Shown one piece after another: positions 38,030 to 50,766 of a DNA stretch of 64,000 nt; within the stretch, counting starts at the first letter, position 1, and every line of letters begins with the position of its first letter. The notes below the pieces were generated by a model. That model made no database searches, was not told the origin of the DNA, and saw only the letters and a list, made by a program, of their open reading frames with translations. The stretch is from Malacoraja senta. Taxonomy: Eukaryota. The position numbers and the translations under genes were made by a program. Location: positions 9,054,001-9,118,000 of the forward strand of contig CM075995.1 in assembly GCA_038087875.1 (NCBI GenBank). Reading direction: 5' to 3'.

Positions 38030-38620
38030 AAAATGTCACCTATACCTATTCTCCACGGATGCTGCCTGACCCGCTTAGTTACTCCAGCACTCTGTGAAAC
38101 GTCACCTATCCATGTTCTCCACAGATGCTGCCTGACCCGCTGAGTTACTCCAGCACTCTGTGAAACGTCACCTATCCATGTTCTCCAGAGACGCTGTCTG
38201 ATCCACTGAGTTACTCCAGCACTGTGAAACGTCACCTATCCATGTTCTCCACAGATGCTGCCTGACCCGCTGAGTTACTCCAGCACTCTGTGAAACGTCA
38301 CCTATCCATGTTCTCCACAGATGCTGCCTGACCCGCTGAGTTACTCCAGCACTCTGTGAAACGTCACCTATCCATGTTCTCCAGAGACGCTGCCTGATCC
38401 ACTGAGTTACTCCAGCACTGTGAAACGTCACCTATCCATGTTCTCCACAGATGCTGCCTGACCCGCTGAGTTACTCCAGCACTCTGTGAAACGTCACCTA
38501 TCCATGTTCTCCACAGATGCTGCCTGACCCGCTGAGTTACTCCAGCACTCTGTGAAACGTCACCTATCCATGTTCTCCAGAGATGTTGCCTGACCCGCTG
38601 AGTTACTCCAGCACTCTGTG
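38030..38620 (+). repeat. Tandem array of nine 64-66-bp Penelope pLTR-derived units
   Basis: Unit gaaacgtcacctatccatgttctccacagatgctgcctgacccgctgagttactccagcactctgt. Confidence 0.95.
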
Positions 38621-38910
38621 TCCTTTTGTTTAACGAAAAACACCTTGGGGTATTGAGCCTTGTCGCAAGATATATAACATATCACAAATTGAAGGATCAG
38701 TGGGGAGGGTCAGATCCATTAACGCTTTACTTTGCCCTGTAGACATAACAGAGGTAACATGTCTCACTGGCGCTGTCAACCAGAGCGAGCACACAATGGA
38801 AGCTCAAACACCATGATGAAACTATATTGTTTGTTAACCTTAGCAGAGTGCGGCAGCGTTTGTGTGGTTGGGGCAAACGCACCTGCTTTTTCCTTCTCGT
38901 TGTTACGCAG

Positions 38911-38995
38911 GAAGCTTTTCGCTTTCACGGCGAGTCCATCAGTGATCTCCCCCGTCAGTGTCCTGTTTATAGATCGGGATCCCACTCGGAGACAG
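38911..38995 (+). CDS. Candidate host exon (85 nt)
   Basis: Strong pyrimidine tract..acgcag acceptor, CAG|gtgccg donor; two open frames. Confidence 0.28.
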
Positions 38996-39037
38996 GTGCC
39001 GAGGCGAGAGACTCTTCTGGGTGACTCCTGTGTTTTA

Positions 39038-39830
39038 ATGTTCCAGATGTTGGGGGGAGTCCAGAACCAGGGGCCACAGTTTAAGAATAAGGAGTAAGCC
39101 ATTTAGAACGGAGACGAGGAAACAGGCCGGAGATGGGCTGAAAGTAAGCATGCAGGTACAGCAGGCAGTGAAGAAAGCGAATGGCATGTTGGCCTTTATA
39201 ACAAGAGGAGTCGAATATAGGAGCAAAGAGGTCCTTCTGCAGTTGTACAGAGCCCTAGTGAGACCACACCTGGCGTATTGTGTGCAGTTTTGGTCCCCTA
39301 ATTTGAGGAAGGACATTCTTGCTATTGAGGGAGTGCAGCGTAGGTTTACAAGGTTAATTCCCGGGATGGCGGGACTGTCCTATGCTGAGAGAATGGAGCA
39401 GCTGGGCTTGTACACTCTGGAGTTTAGAAGGATGAGAGGGATTCTCATTGAAACATATAAGATTGTTAAGGGTTTGGACTCGCTAGAGGCAGGAAACATG
39501 TTCCCGATGTTGGGGGAGTCCAGAACCAGGGTCCACAGTTTTAGAATAAGGGGTAAGCCATTTAGAACGGTGACGAGGAAACATGTTTTCACACAGAGAG
39601 TGGTGAGTCTGTGGAATTCTTTGCCTCAGAGGGCGGTGGAGGCCGGTTCTCTGGATACTTTCAAGAGAGAGCTTGTTAGGGGTCTTAAAGATAGCGGAGT
39701 CAGGGGATATGGGGTGAAGGCAGGAATGAGGTACTGATTGGGGATGATCAGCCATGATCACATTAAATGGTGGTGCTGGCTCAAAGGGCCGAATGGCCTA
39801 CTCCTGCACCTATTGTCTATTGTCTATTGT
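39038..39830 (+). mobile_element. CR1 3' fragments
   Basis: ORF 39150-39737 plus tail. Confidence 0.92.
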
Positions 39831-40009
39831 TTGGGAAATTAATGTGCCCTGCTGTGAATTGCAATATAGTCAGTGTTCACTTTAGTTTATTGTCACGTGT
39901 ACTGAGATACAGTGAGAAGCTTTTTTGGCGTGCTATACCAGTCGACAGAACGACAATACATGGTTACAAACCAGCCATTTACTGTGTACATATGCATAAC
40001 AAGAACCTA

Positions 40010-40580
40010 GGCAGTCATTTCCAGGTGAGGCAGAGGTTCACTTGCCCCTCCTCCAACCTCATCTACTGTATCCGCTGTTCCAGGTGTGGACTCCTGTACA
40101 TCGGCGTGACCAAACGCAGGCTCGGCGATCGTTTCGCTGAACACCTCCGCTCAGCCCGCCTAAACCTACCTGATCTCCTGGTTGCCAAACACTTTAACTC
40201 CCCCTCCCATTCCCACACTGACCGTTCTGTCCTGGGCCTCCTCCACTGTCAGAGTGAGGCCCAGTGCAAACTGGAGGAACAGCACCTCATATTTCGCTTG
40301 GGCAGCTTACACCCCAGCGGTATGAACCTTGACTTCTCTAACTTCAGTGGCCCTTGCTTTCCCTCTCTCTCTCCATCCCCTCCTCCTTCCCAGTTCTCCG
40401 ACCAGTCTTACTGTCGCCGACTAAAATACATTCTATCTCTGTCCCGCCCACTCCCCTGACATCAGTCTGAAGAAGGGTCTCGACCCGAAACGTCACCCAT
40501 TCCTTCTTTCCAGAGATGATGCCTGTCCCACTGAGTTACTCCAGCATTTTATGTCTATCTTCGATTTAAACCAGCATCTT
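40010..40580 (+). mobile_element. Penelope 3' fragment (GIY-YIG plus pLTR with hammerhead-like core at 40467-40494)
   Basis: NLIYCIRCSRCGLLYIG..RFAEHLRS; CUGAAGA-AGGGUC-uc-GACCC-GAAACGUC. Confidence 0.9.
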
Positions 40581-40582
40581 TC

Positions 40583-40948
40583 GAATGAATGAATGAATGA
40601 ATGAATAAGTTTATTGGCCAAGTATTCACATACAAGGAATTGTCCTTGGTGCTCCGCCCGCAAGTGACAACATGACAGACAGTGACAGTTAGGAATGACA
40701 CATAAAACACTAAACATTAATAATAAAACATTATTGATTAAACATGTGAATTAAATAAAATACCAGAGCAAAATGAGGCTACAGACTTTTGGTTATTGAG
40801 TAGAGCTACTACTCGTGGAAAAAAACTGTTTCTATGTCTGGCTGTGGCAGCTTTGACAGTCCGGAGTCGCCTTCCAGAGGGAAGTGATTCAAAGAGTTTG
40901 TGGCCAGGGTGAGAGGGTTCAGAGATGATCTTGCCCGCTCGCTTCCTA
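40583..40948 (-). mobile_element. Rex1/Babar 3' end
   Basis: PSHPGHKLFESLPSGRRLR; (TTCA)n tail. Confidence 0.88.
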
Positions 40949-40999
40949 TACATAATAAGGGAATAACGTCGGTCCAACTTGCCCACACCAACCATCATG

Positions 41000-42727
41000 C
41001 CCTATCTAATGAGCCCTGCCTGCGTTTGGCCCATATCCCACTAAACCTATCCTTTCCATGTACCTGTCTAATTGTTTCTTAAATGTTGTGATACTACCTC
41101 TTCTGGCAGCTCGTTCCATACACCCACCAACTTTGCGCGAAAAAGTTACCCCTCAGGTTCCTATTAAATCTTTCCCCCTTCATCTTAAACCTATGTCCTC
41201 TAGTTCTCAATTCCCCTACTCTGGGCAAAAGACTGCGTATTCCCCATCTATTCCTATCATGATTTTGTACACCTCTATAAGATTACCCCTCATCCTCCTG
41301 CGCTCCATGGAATAGAGTCCCAGCCTGCTCACCTCCCTGTAGCTCAGGCCCTCGAGTCCTGGCAACATCCTCGTAAATCTTCTCTGCAACCCTTTACAGC
41401 TTGACATCTTTCCTGTAACATGATGCCCAGAACTGAAAACACTACTCTATTGCGATCTCACCAACATCTTATACAATTGCGACAATAGACAATAGACAAC
41501 AGACAATAGGTGCAGGAGTAGGCCATTCGGCCCTTCGAGCCAGCACCGCCATTCAATGTGATCATGGCCGATCATCCACAATCAGTACCCCGTTCCTGCC
41601 TTCTCCCCATATCCCCTGACTCCGCTATCTTTAAGAGCCCTATCTAGCTCTCTCTTGAAAGTATCCAGAGAACCGGCCTCCACCGCCCTCTGAGGCAGAG
41701 AATTCCACACTCACAACTCTCTGTGAGAAAAAGTGTTTCCTCGTCTCAATTCTAAATGGCTTACTCATTATTGTGTGTAGCCCTTGGTTCTGGACCCCCC
41801 CCCCCCCCCAACAACGGGAACATGTATCCTGCCTCTAGCGTGTCCAAACCCTTAATAATCTTATATGTTTCAATAAGATCACCTCTCATCCTTCTAGACT
41901 CCAGAGTATACAAGCCCAGCCGCTCCATTCTCTCAGCATATGACAGTCCCACCATCCCGGGAATTAACCTTGTAAACCTACGCTGCACTCCCTTAATAGC
42001 AAAAATGTCCTTCCTCAAATTAGGGGACCAAAACTGAACACAATACTGCAGTGTGGTCTCACTAGGGCCCTGTACAACTGCAGAAGGACCTCATTGCTCC
42101 GATACTCAACTCCTCTTGTTATGAAGGCCAACATGCCATTTGCTTTCTTCACTGCCTGCTGTACAGTGCTCACCACAGGGAGGTTGACGACCTGGGGCCC
42201 ATGTATGTCAATAATTTGACTGCCAGAATAGACACAAAACACTGGAGGAACTCCAGTGACTATCCCAACGTTTAAGAAGTAGTTAGATGGGTACACGGAT
42301 AGGACAGGTTAGGAGGGATATGGACCAAATGCTGGCAGGTGGGACTAGTGTAGCTGGGACATGTTGGCCAGTGTGGGTGAGTTGGGCCGAAGGGCCTGTT
42401 TCCACACTGTATCACTCTATGAGTCTATAACCAGGGGACCAGATGACATAGGTTCAAGGTGAAGGGGAAAAGATTTAATAGGAATCCGAGGGATAACTTT
42501 TTCACACAGAGGGGGGAGGGTGTATGGAACGAGCTGCCAGAGGAGGTAGTTGAGGCAGGGACTTTCCCATCGTTTAAGAAACAGTTGGACAGATACATGG
42601 ATAGGACAGGTTTGGAGGGATATGGACCAAGCGCAGGCAAGTGGGACTAGTGTAGCTGGGACATTGTTGGCCGGTGTGGGCGAGTTCGGCCGAAGGGACT
42701 GTTTCCACACTGTATCACTCTGTGACT
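41000..42727. mobile_element. CR1 fragments of several subfamilies
   Basis: CR1 C-terminal motifs on both strands. Confidence 0.85.
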
Positions 42728-43049
42728 CTAACTCGGCGGGTCAGGCAGCATCTCTGGAGAAAAAGAATAGGTGGCGTTTCATGTCAGAACTTAAAGAAGG
42801 CGCGGCTGGCATCTTGAAGAGCCTGTAAATCTGTCTCAGAATGACTTTGTTCACCACTTATCTGGAGACTAGAACCTGTAGTTCTAGATCTTCTTAATCT
42901 TAGGGAACAGCTTCACTGATGTTCAAGTCATAGAGTCATACAGTGTGGGAACAGGACCTTGGGGCAACCTACCCAGGCCGACATGTCCCCATCTACACTA
43001 GTCCCACCTGCCCACATTTGGCCCGTATCCCTCTAAACCTGTCCTATCC

Positions 43050-43830
43050 GTGCCCAGTCCATCATCGGCTCTGACCTCCCTACCATCGAGGGGATCTATC
43101 GCAGTCGCTGCCTCAAAAAGGCTGGCAGTATCATCAAGGACCCACACCATCCGGGCCACTCACTCATCTCCCCGCTACCTTCAGGTAGAAGGTACAGGAG
43201 CCTGAAGACTGCAACGACCAGGTTCAGGAACAACTACTTCCCCACAATCATCAGGCTATTAAACTTGGCCCGGACAAAACTCTGAACATTAATATCCCAT
43301 ATCTGTTTATTTGCACTTTATCAGTTTATTTATTCATGTGTGTATATATTTATACAATGGTATATGGACACACTGATCTGTTCTGTAGTCAATGCCTACT
43401 ATGTTCTGTTGTGCTAAAGCAAAGCAAGAATTTCATTGTCCTATCAGGGACACATGACAATAAACTCTCCTGAACTCTAACCAGTCAGCGGAAAGACAAT
43501 GCATGATTATATACCAGCCATGATTACACTGTGCAGATGCAGGATAAAAGGGAATAATATTTAGTGCAGGGTAAGTAATGTCCGATTAAAGATAGGTCGA
43601 GGGTCTCCAATGAGGTAGATAGTAGTTCAGCACTGCTCTCTGGTTGTGGTAGGATGGTTCAGTTGCCTGGTAACAGCTGGGAAGAAACTGTCTCTGAATC
43701 TGGAGGTGTGCGTTCATTTTCACACTTCTGTACCTCTTGCCCGATGGGAGAGGGGGAGAAGAGGGAGTGGCCGGGGGTGCAACACATCCTTGATGATGCT
43801 GCTGGCCTTGCCGAGGCAGCGCGAGGTGTA
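43050..43830. mobile_element. Two Rex1/Babar 3' fragments, tail-to-tail
   Basis: DPHHPGH/LPSGRRY motifs on + (43050-43475) and - (43478-43830). Confidence 0.82.
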
Positions 43831-44029
43831 CATTCTCCTTGTGACCACGTGGGTTTTATCCGGGCGCTCCGGTTCTTCGGGAGTCACAGTCTCCAGTTAA
43901 TCGGCTTCGGTATAATTGCAAATGGTCGCCAGTGTGTAGGATAGTGTTGGTGTATGGGGCGATCGCTGGCCGGCCTTGTTTTCCATGCTGTACCTCTAAA
44001 GGTTAAAGTCTGAACCAAGTGCACAACAC

Positions 44030-44420
44030 TAGACAATAGACAATAGACAATAGACAACAGGTGCAGGAGTAGGCCATTTGGCCCTTCAAGCCAGCACCGC
44101 CATTCAATGTGATCATGGCCGATCATCCCCAATCAGTACCCCATTCCTGCCTTCTCCCCATATCCCCTGACTCTTAAAAATCCCCTATTTTTAAGAGCCC
44201 TATCTAGCTCTCTCTTGAAAGCATCCAGAGAACCTGCCTCCACCGCCCTCTGAGGCAGAGAATTCCACAGACTCACCACTCTCTGTGAGAAAAAGTGTTT
44301 CCTCGTCTCCGTTCTAAATGGCTTACTCCTTATCCTTAAACTGTGGCCCCTGGTTCTGGACTCCCCCAACATCGGGAACATGTTTCCTGCCTCTAGTGTG
44401 TCCAAACCCTTAATAATCTG
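44030..44420 (-). mobile_element. CR1 3' fragment
   Basis: ORF 44133-44459; (CTATTGT)n. Confidence 0.9.
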
Positions 44421-44877
44421 CAGGAGTGCGTCAGCCAAGCCCCCGCGTGTTGGCTGCAAGGTTAACTAACGCAGGGTGATGACGATTTATGGCCAACGTA
44501 CGTCTCCCCTTCCTAATCGCATGGAGGACCTACATGTTTACTCTCTGCCTGCGCTGAAGCCAGACGCCCGGAGCCCTCTCCGCCCGCATTTACCTGTTGC
44601 TCTCGTCGTTGAGAAACATTCTGCTTCACTTCTCGTCGACACTGACCAACCTCACGTCAGACTTTAGAGACGTAGCGCGGGAACAGATCCTTCGGCCCGC
44701 CGTGTCCGCGCCGACCAGCGATCGCCCCGTACACTAGCACTACCCTACACACCGGGGACAATTCAATGGATATTTTTAAGGCAAAGAAAGATAGATTCTT
44801 GATTAGTACGGGTGCCTGAAGGCAGGAGGATGGGGTTGAGAGGGGAAAGATGTGATTGAATGACGGAGATTGAATGA

Positions 44878-45605
44878 CGGTCACGGTGGCGCAGCGGTAG
44901 AATTGCAGCCAATGCAGCGCCGGAGACCCGGGTTCGATCCCCAACTACGGGTGCTGTCTATACGGAGTTTGTATGTTCTCTCCGTGACCTGCGTGGGTTT
45001 TCTCCGAGACATTCGGTTTCCTCCCACATTCTAAAAATGTACAGGTTTGTAGGTTGACTGGCATGGTAAATGAAAAATTGTCCCTAGTGGGTGTAGGATA
45101 GTGTTAATGTGCGGGGATCGCTGGTCGGCGCGGACCCGAAACGTCACCCATTCCTTCGCTCCATAGAGAAGGTTATTGGCTGCAACCTTCCCCCCATTGA
45201 TGAACTGTACACTGCAAGGGCCAGGAAGTGAGCGGGCAAGATCATCTCTGACCCCTCTCACCCTGGCCACAAACTCTTTGAATCACTTCCCTCTGGAAGG
45301 CGACTCCGGACTTTCAAAGCTGCCACAGCCAGACATAAAAACAGTTTTTATCCACGAGTAGCAGCTCTACTCAACAGCCAAAAATCTGTAGCCTCCCTTT
45401 GATCTGGTATTTTGTTGGTTCACATGCTTGATCAATGGTGTTTTATCATTAATGTTTTATTATTATTAATGTTTAGTGTTTTCTGAGTCATTCGTAACTG
45501 TCACTGTATGTCATGTTGTCACTTGTGGGCAGAGGACCAAGGCAAATTCCTTGTATGTGAATACTTGGCCAATAAACTTACTTACTTACTTACTTACCTA
45601 CTTAC
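44878..45605 (+). mobile_element. HE1 SINE (44878-45136) followed by Rex1 3' end (45170-45605)
   Basis: A/B boxes; Rex1 tail gccaataaac(ttac)n. Confidence 0.85.
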
Positions 45606-45783
45606 TGTTAGGTGCTGCCTCACCCGCTGAGTTTCTCCAGCACTTTTGTCTACCATCAAGGGAATTAGATTCTGCCTTGCAGATATGGATCAGAGAGAGG
45701 TGACTGATGCTTTATCTGCCGAGGTGGAAGATTTTACGCAGGCGATGACTACAGGCAGGATCACTAAATGCTGTGATTTGCAG

Positions 45784-45871
45784 CTCTGGCTGGCTTCCAG
45801 CGAGTGCAAAACAATACCCTTACAACGATCCAACACTGTCTGACCAGGCAGAAGCGTTTCTGAACTACAAG
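45784..45871 (+). CDS. Candidate host exon (88 nt)
   Basis: tttgcag acceptor, AAG|gtgcct donor; only open frame SGWLPASAKQYPYNDPTLSDQAEAFLNYK. Confidence 0.22.
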
Positions 45872-46012
45872 GTGCCTATTCTTATCTGATTAGTTCACCT
45901 GCAGCCACAAGGAGTGTTCAGACATGATTGCCAGGGAGTTCGACCTCAGACAGTGTGGTGGAGTACATGCCTCAGTTAATCCAAGCTGGAAAGGGTACAG
46001 ACAAGTTTTATA

Positions 46013-46341
46013 GGACCTGTCCCACTTACGCGACTTTTTCGGCAACTGCCGGCACCCGTCATAGGTCGTTGCAGGTCGCCGAAAATGTTCAACAGGTTGA
46101 AAATCCAGTGGCGACCAGAACAAGGTACGACTCTTTGGGCGATTACTCACGACCATACAGGCTTCACCCCGCGACATGTCGCCAGGGCGTCGCCTATACG
46201 GTCGTGAGTTGTCTCCTCAGTCGCCCAAAGAGTCGTAGCGTCTTTCTGGTCACCGCTGGATTTTCAACATGTTGAAAATGTTCGGCGACCTATGACGGGT
46301 GTCGGCAGTCGCCGAAAAAGTCGCGTAAGTGGGACAGGCCC
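46013..46341. mobile_element. Harbinger-type palindromic MITE
   Basis: cctgtcccacttacgcgactttttcggc / gccgaaaaagtcgcgtaagtgggacagg. Confidence 0.88.
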
Positions 46342-46342
46342 G

Positions 46343-48228
46343 TCACGAGGATGTTGCCAGGGCTAGAGGGTGTGAGCTATAGGGAGAGGTTGAGTAGGCT
46401 GGGTCTTTATTCCCTGAAGCGCAGGAGGATGAGGGGTGATCTTATAGAGGTGTACAAAATCATGAGAGGAATAGATCGGGTAGATGCACAGAGTCTCTTG
46501 CCCAGAGTAGGTGAATAGAGGACCAGAGGAAATAGGTTCAAGATGAAGTGGAAGAGATTTAATAGGAACCTGAGGGGTATCTTTTTCACACAGAGGGTGG
46601 TGGGTGTACGGAACAAGCTGCCAGAGGAGGTAGTTGAGGCTGGGACTATCCCAACGTTTAAGAAACAGTTGGACAGGTACATGGATAGGACAGGTTTGGA
46701 GGGATATGGACCAAACGCGGGCAGGTGGGACTAGTGTAGGTGGGACATGTTGGTCGGTGTGGGCGAGTTAGGCCGAAGGGCCTGTTTCCATGCTGTATCA
46801 GTCTATGACTCTATAATGTCAATGGTGCCAAAGTGGAAATAGATGAGTGCATAGGGCGGCACGGTGGCGCAGCGGTAGAGTTGCTGCCTTGCAGTGCCAG
46901 TGACCCGGGTCCCATCCAGATTACGGGTGCTGTCTGTACAGAGTTTTTAATGTTCTTCCTGTGACCGCGTGGGTTCTCTCCTGGTGCTCCAGTTTCAGAG
47001 AAACATAGAAAATAGGTGCAGGAGGAGGCCATTCGGCCCTTCGAGCCAGCACCGCCATTCATTGCGATCATGGCTGATCGTCCCCTATCAATAACCCGTG
47101 CCTGCCTTCTCCCCATATCCCTTGACTCCACTAGCCCCTAGAGCTCTATCTAACTCTCTCTTAAATCCATCCAGTGACTTGGCCTCCACTGCCCTCTGTG
47201 GCCGGGAATTCCACAAATTCACAACTCTCTGGGTGAAAAAGTTTTTTCCCACCTCAGTCTTAAATGGCCTCCCCTTTATTCTAAGACTGTGGCCCCTGGT
47301 TCTGGACTCGCCCAACATTGGGAACATTTTTCCTGCATCTGGCTTGTCCAGTCCTTTTATAATTTTATATGTTTCTATAATACTCCCCCTCATCCTTCTA
47401 AACTCCAGTGAATACAAGCCTAGTCTTTTCAATCTTTCCTCATATGACAGTCCCGCCATCCCAGGGATCAATCTGGTGAACCTACGCTGCACTGCCTCAA
47501 TCACAAGGATGTCCTTCCTCAAATTAGGAGATCAAAACTGTACGCAATACTCCAGATGTTGTGGTTTCCCATTGAGGTTTCCTCCCACACTGCGAAGGGT
47601 TGTACAGGGGTTTAGGTCAATTGGATTTAGTTACATTGTAAAATTGCCTCTAATCTTGCAGGACAGTGCCAGTGCATGGGGTGGTCGCTGGTCAGCATGG
47701 ACTCGGTGGGCCGAAGGGCCTGTTTCTGCGCTGTATCTCTAAAGTCTAAAGCTGCAGATTCCTTTTATTTAAATTTCAATATACACTAGACAATAGACAA
47801 TAGGTGCAGGAGTAGGCCATTCGGCCCTTCGAGCCGGCACCGCCAATCAATGTGATCATGGCTGATCATCCCCAATCAGTACCCCGTTCCTGCCTTCTCC
47901 CCATATCCCCTGTCTCCTCTATTTATAAGAGCCCTATCTAGCTCTCTCTTGAAAGCATCCAGAGAACCGGCCTCCACCGCCCTCTGAGGCAGAGAATTCC
48001 ACAGACTCACCACTCTCTGTGAGAAAAAGTGTTTCCTGGTCTCCGTTCTAAATGGTTTACTCCTTATTCTTAAACTGTGGCCCCTGGTTCTGGACTCCCC
48101 CAACATCGAGAACATGTTTCCTGCCTCTAGCATGTCCAAACCCTTAACAATCTTATATGTTTCAATGAGATACCCTCTCATCCTTCTAAACTCTAGATTG
48201 TACAAGCCCAGCTGCTCCATTCTCTCAA
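46343..48228. mobile_element. CR1 3' fragments (46343-46815 +, 47000-47560 -, 47787-48228 -) and an HE1 split by CR1
   Basis: CR1 motifs and tails; HE1 halves at 46853-46997 and 47560-47750. Confidence 0.85.
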
Positions 48229-48232
48229 AATA

Positions 48233-48540
48233 GACTTTATTCGAGAAATAAATATATACAATACAAGATCCCTACAAAACTCCATCCGACATTCTCGGAG
48301 GCTGTACATACATACAATACAGTTTCCCCAAATCACATTTTGATCCCCCACCCTTGCCACTCATATGGCCCACTGACGTAGAATCCCTTCCCTTATTTTG
48401 AGGGGCGTCTCCTCCACACCCTGCCCCCCAAGTCCAGCAGCGGAAGGACCCTAGACTGGCGTTGGCTGCACCGAGCTTCAGCACATACTCCTGCATTCTG
48501 CAGCGGGCCAGTCGGCAACATTCCCCGACGGACATCTGCG
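48233..48540 (-). mobile_element. Tx1-like (L1 clade) 3' end
   Basis: MSVGECCRLARCRMQEYVLKLGAANA resembles Tx1 ORF2 C-terminus; AATAAA at end. Confidence 0.65.
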
Positions 48541-48881
48541 GGTTCCTTGGCTTTAAGATCAGCGATGATCTGCCATGGACCAAAGCGCGTTTATGCCATA
48601 ACTAAGAAGCCACAACAATGCCTCCACTTCTTGGGGAAGACTGACCAAGTCCAACATGTCTCCAGTGACTCCAACGTCTTCAGATGCACCACACAAAGCA
48701 TTGCTGTCGGCTTGCATCACAGCTTGGTTGGGGACCGCGAGGAATTGCAAAGAGTTGTAGATGTGGCCCAGTCCATCGCACAGACCAGACTCCCCCACCA
48801 TCGACTCCATCTACACTTCACCCTGCCCCGGAATAGCAGGCAACATCATTAAAGACTCCTCTCACACCGGTCATTCCTTCT

Positions 48882-49721
48882 GGCCACTAGGGGCGCCGCA
48901 CTGAACGCAGCCTCTGCCTACAGTCTGTTTGTTTTTCTGTCTTTTTTAAATTTTTAGTTAGTTTTAAAAGTATGTTTCTTTAGTTTCTTTGTGGGGTAGG
49001 TGGGTAGGGTAAGGGGGAAACTGTTTCCAAGTCACTTCCTGGCGAGGATGCGACTATTCTCCGAGTCGCGTCCTCGCCCCCCCCCTCGCGGCCTACCACC
49101 TGGATTGGAGCGGCCTTTCCTGCCGGGGACTGGACCAGAGCTTCAGCAGCGGCGGCGCAGCGCTGGATACATCGCGGAGCGGGCGATTGCTTACCTGGAT
49201 CGCCGTTGAAGCTCCGGAGTGTTGGGCCTGCTGCTCCAACATCGTGGAGCTGTGGTTTGCAGAGCTTCCAACGCGGGCGGCACTGACTTCAACATCGCGG
49301 AGTCCTGGGACCTTTTGCCGAGGGCCGCCAGCGTTGAATCTCCGCCCAGCGCGGCCTGTGGACTTCGGGAGCCACGGACTCCGATAGGAGGTGGCCGATT
49401 CGGATGTCCAAGCTGCGGAGGATGTCCTCCAGTCCCGACGTCGGACTTCCATCACCCCGGCGAGCGGGCCTGAACATCGGGCCGCCCGTAGCGGCGACAG
49501 AGGGGGGGTTCGGGAGCCCCCCGACCACGGGAGGACAACAGAGGAGGATGACTGAATTTTAGAGCCTTCCCTCACAGTGGGAAAGTTTGATCCCGCTGTG
49601 TGGGGATGTCTGTGTTAAAGACTATCGTGTTCTGTGCTCTTTATTATTCGTATGGCTGTATGGCGACCACACATTTCACTGTACCAATTGGTACATGTGA
49701 CAAATAAATGTATCTTGTATC
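48882..49721 (+). mobile_element. GC-rich non-autonomous retroposon inserted in a Rex1 fragment (48545-49980)
   Basis: Homologous to 3424-4193; tail tttcactgtaccaattggtacatgtgacaaataaa(tgtatct)n. Confidence 0.72.
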
Positions 49722-50766
49722 TCCTCCCTACTGTTGGGCAGCAGATTTAAAAAACTTGAAAGCCCGCACCACCAGACTCAGGAACAGCTTCTTCCCCTCT
49801 GTTATCAGGCTTCTGAACGGTCCTTCCATAAGCTAGGGTACTGTCCGATTCACCTCTACCCCATTGTGGACGTTGGACTTTGTCTCTGGAACTGATGCGC
49901 TACAATGCTGAGAACTACATTCTGCACTCTGTATCTTCCCCTTTGCTCAGCCTGTTGTACTGGAGTTTCACCTGATTGTATTTAGCTACAGAATTCTCTG
50001 ATCTTACACGTATTATCTGTTCTAGGTAGACACAAAATGCTGCAGTAACTTAGCGGGCGAGGGAGCATTTCTGGAGAGGTGGATTGGATGACGTTTCGGG
50101 TCGAGACCTTTCTTCTGACCTGTTTGGATCTGTTTGGGCAGCATGCGAAACAAAGCTTGTCACTATACCTTGGTACATGTGACAATAAACCTAATCCTCA
50201 ACCAATCTGGTTCTTCTTCCGACCCTTTGTAATCAAGAATCTATCTATCTCTGCCTTACCCAATGACAGCCTCCACAGCCATCTGTGGCAATGAATTCTA
50301 CTGGCTGAAGAATAGTTTGGCTTAGTTCAGTTTATTGTCACGTGTGGCAAGGTGCAGTGAAAAGCTTTTGTTGCATGCTATCCAATCAAAGGAAAAACAA
50401 TAGGTGCAGGAGTAGGCCATTCGCCCTTCGAGCCAGCACCGCCATTCACTGTGATCATGGCTGATCATCCACAATCAGTCCCCGTTCCTGCCTTCTCCCC
50501 ATATCCCCTGACCCCGCTATCTTTAAGCCTATCTAACTCTCTTTTGAAGGATCCAGAGAACTGGCCTCCACCGCCCTCTGAGGCAGAGATTTCCACAGAC
50601 TTCACACAAATCAATACATGATTACAATCGAGCCATTTACAGTGTACAGATACATGAAAAAGGAATAACATGAATAACATTTAGTGGAAGATAAAGCTAG
50701 TAAAGGTTCCCACCCGAAACGTCACCTATCCATGTTCTCCACAGATGCTGCCTGACCCGCTGAGTT

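Noticed and set aside
38030..38620. CRISPR-like array
   Set aside because: Head-to-tail units with no unique spacers, no cas genes, and the unit derives from the Penelope terminal repeat in a vertebrate context
44878..44950. tRNA genes at SINE heads
   Set aside because: A/B boxes continue into the HE1 body and CR1-like tail; these are SINEs
47098..47742. Antisense ORFs of 100-250 aa (also 51140-51532, 60345-60752, 22911-23660)
   Set aside because: Shadow frames of CR1 or chimeric read-through across unrelated repeats
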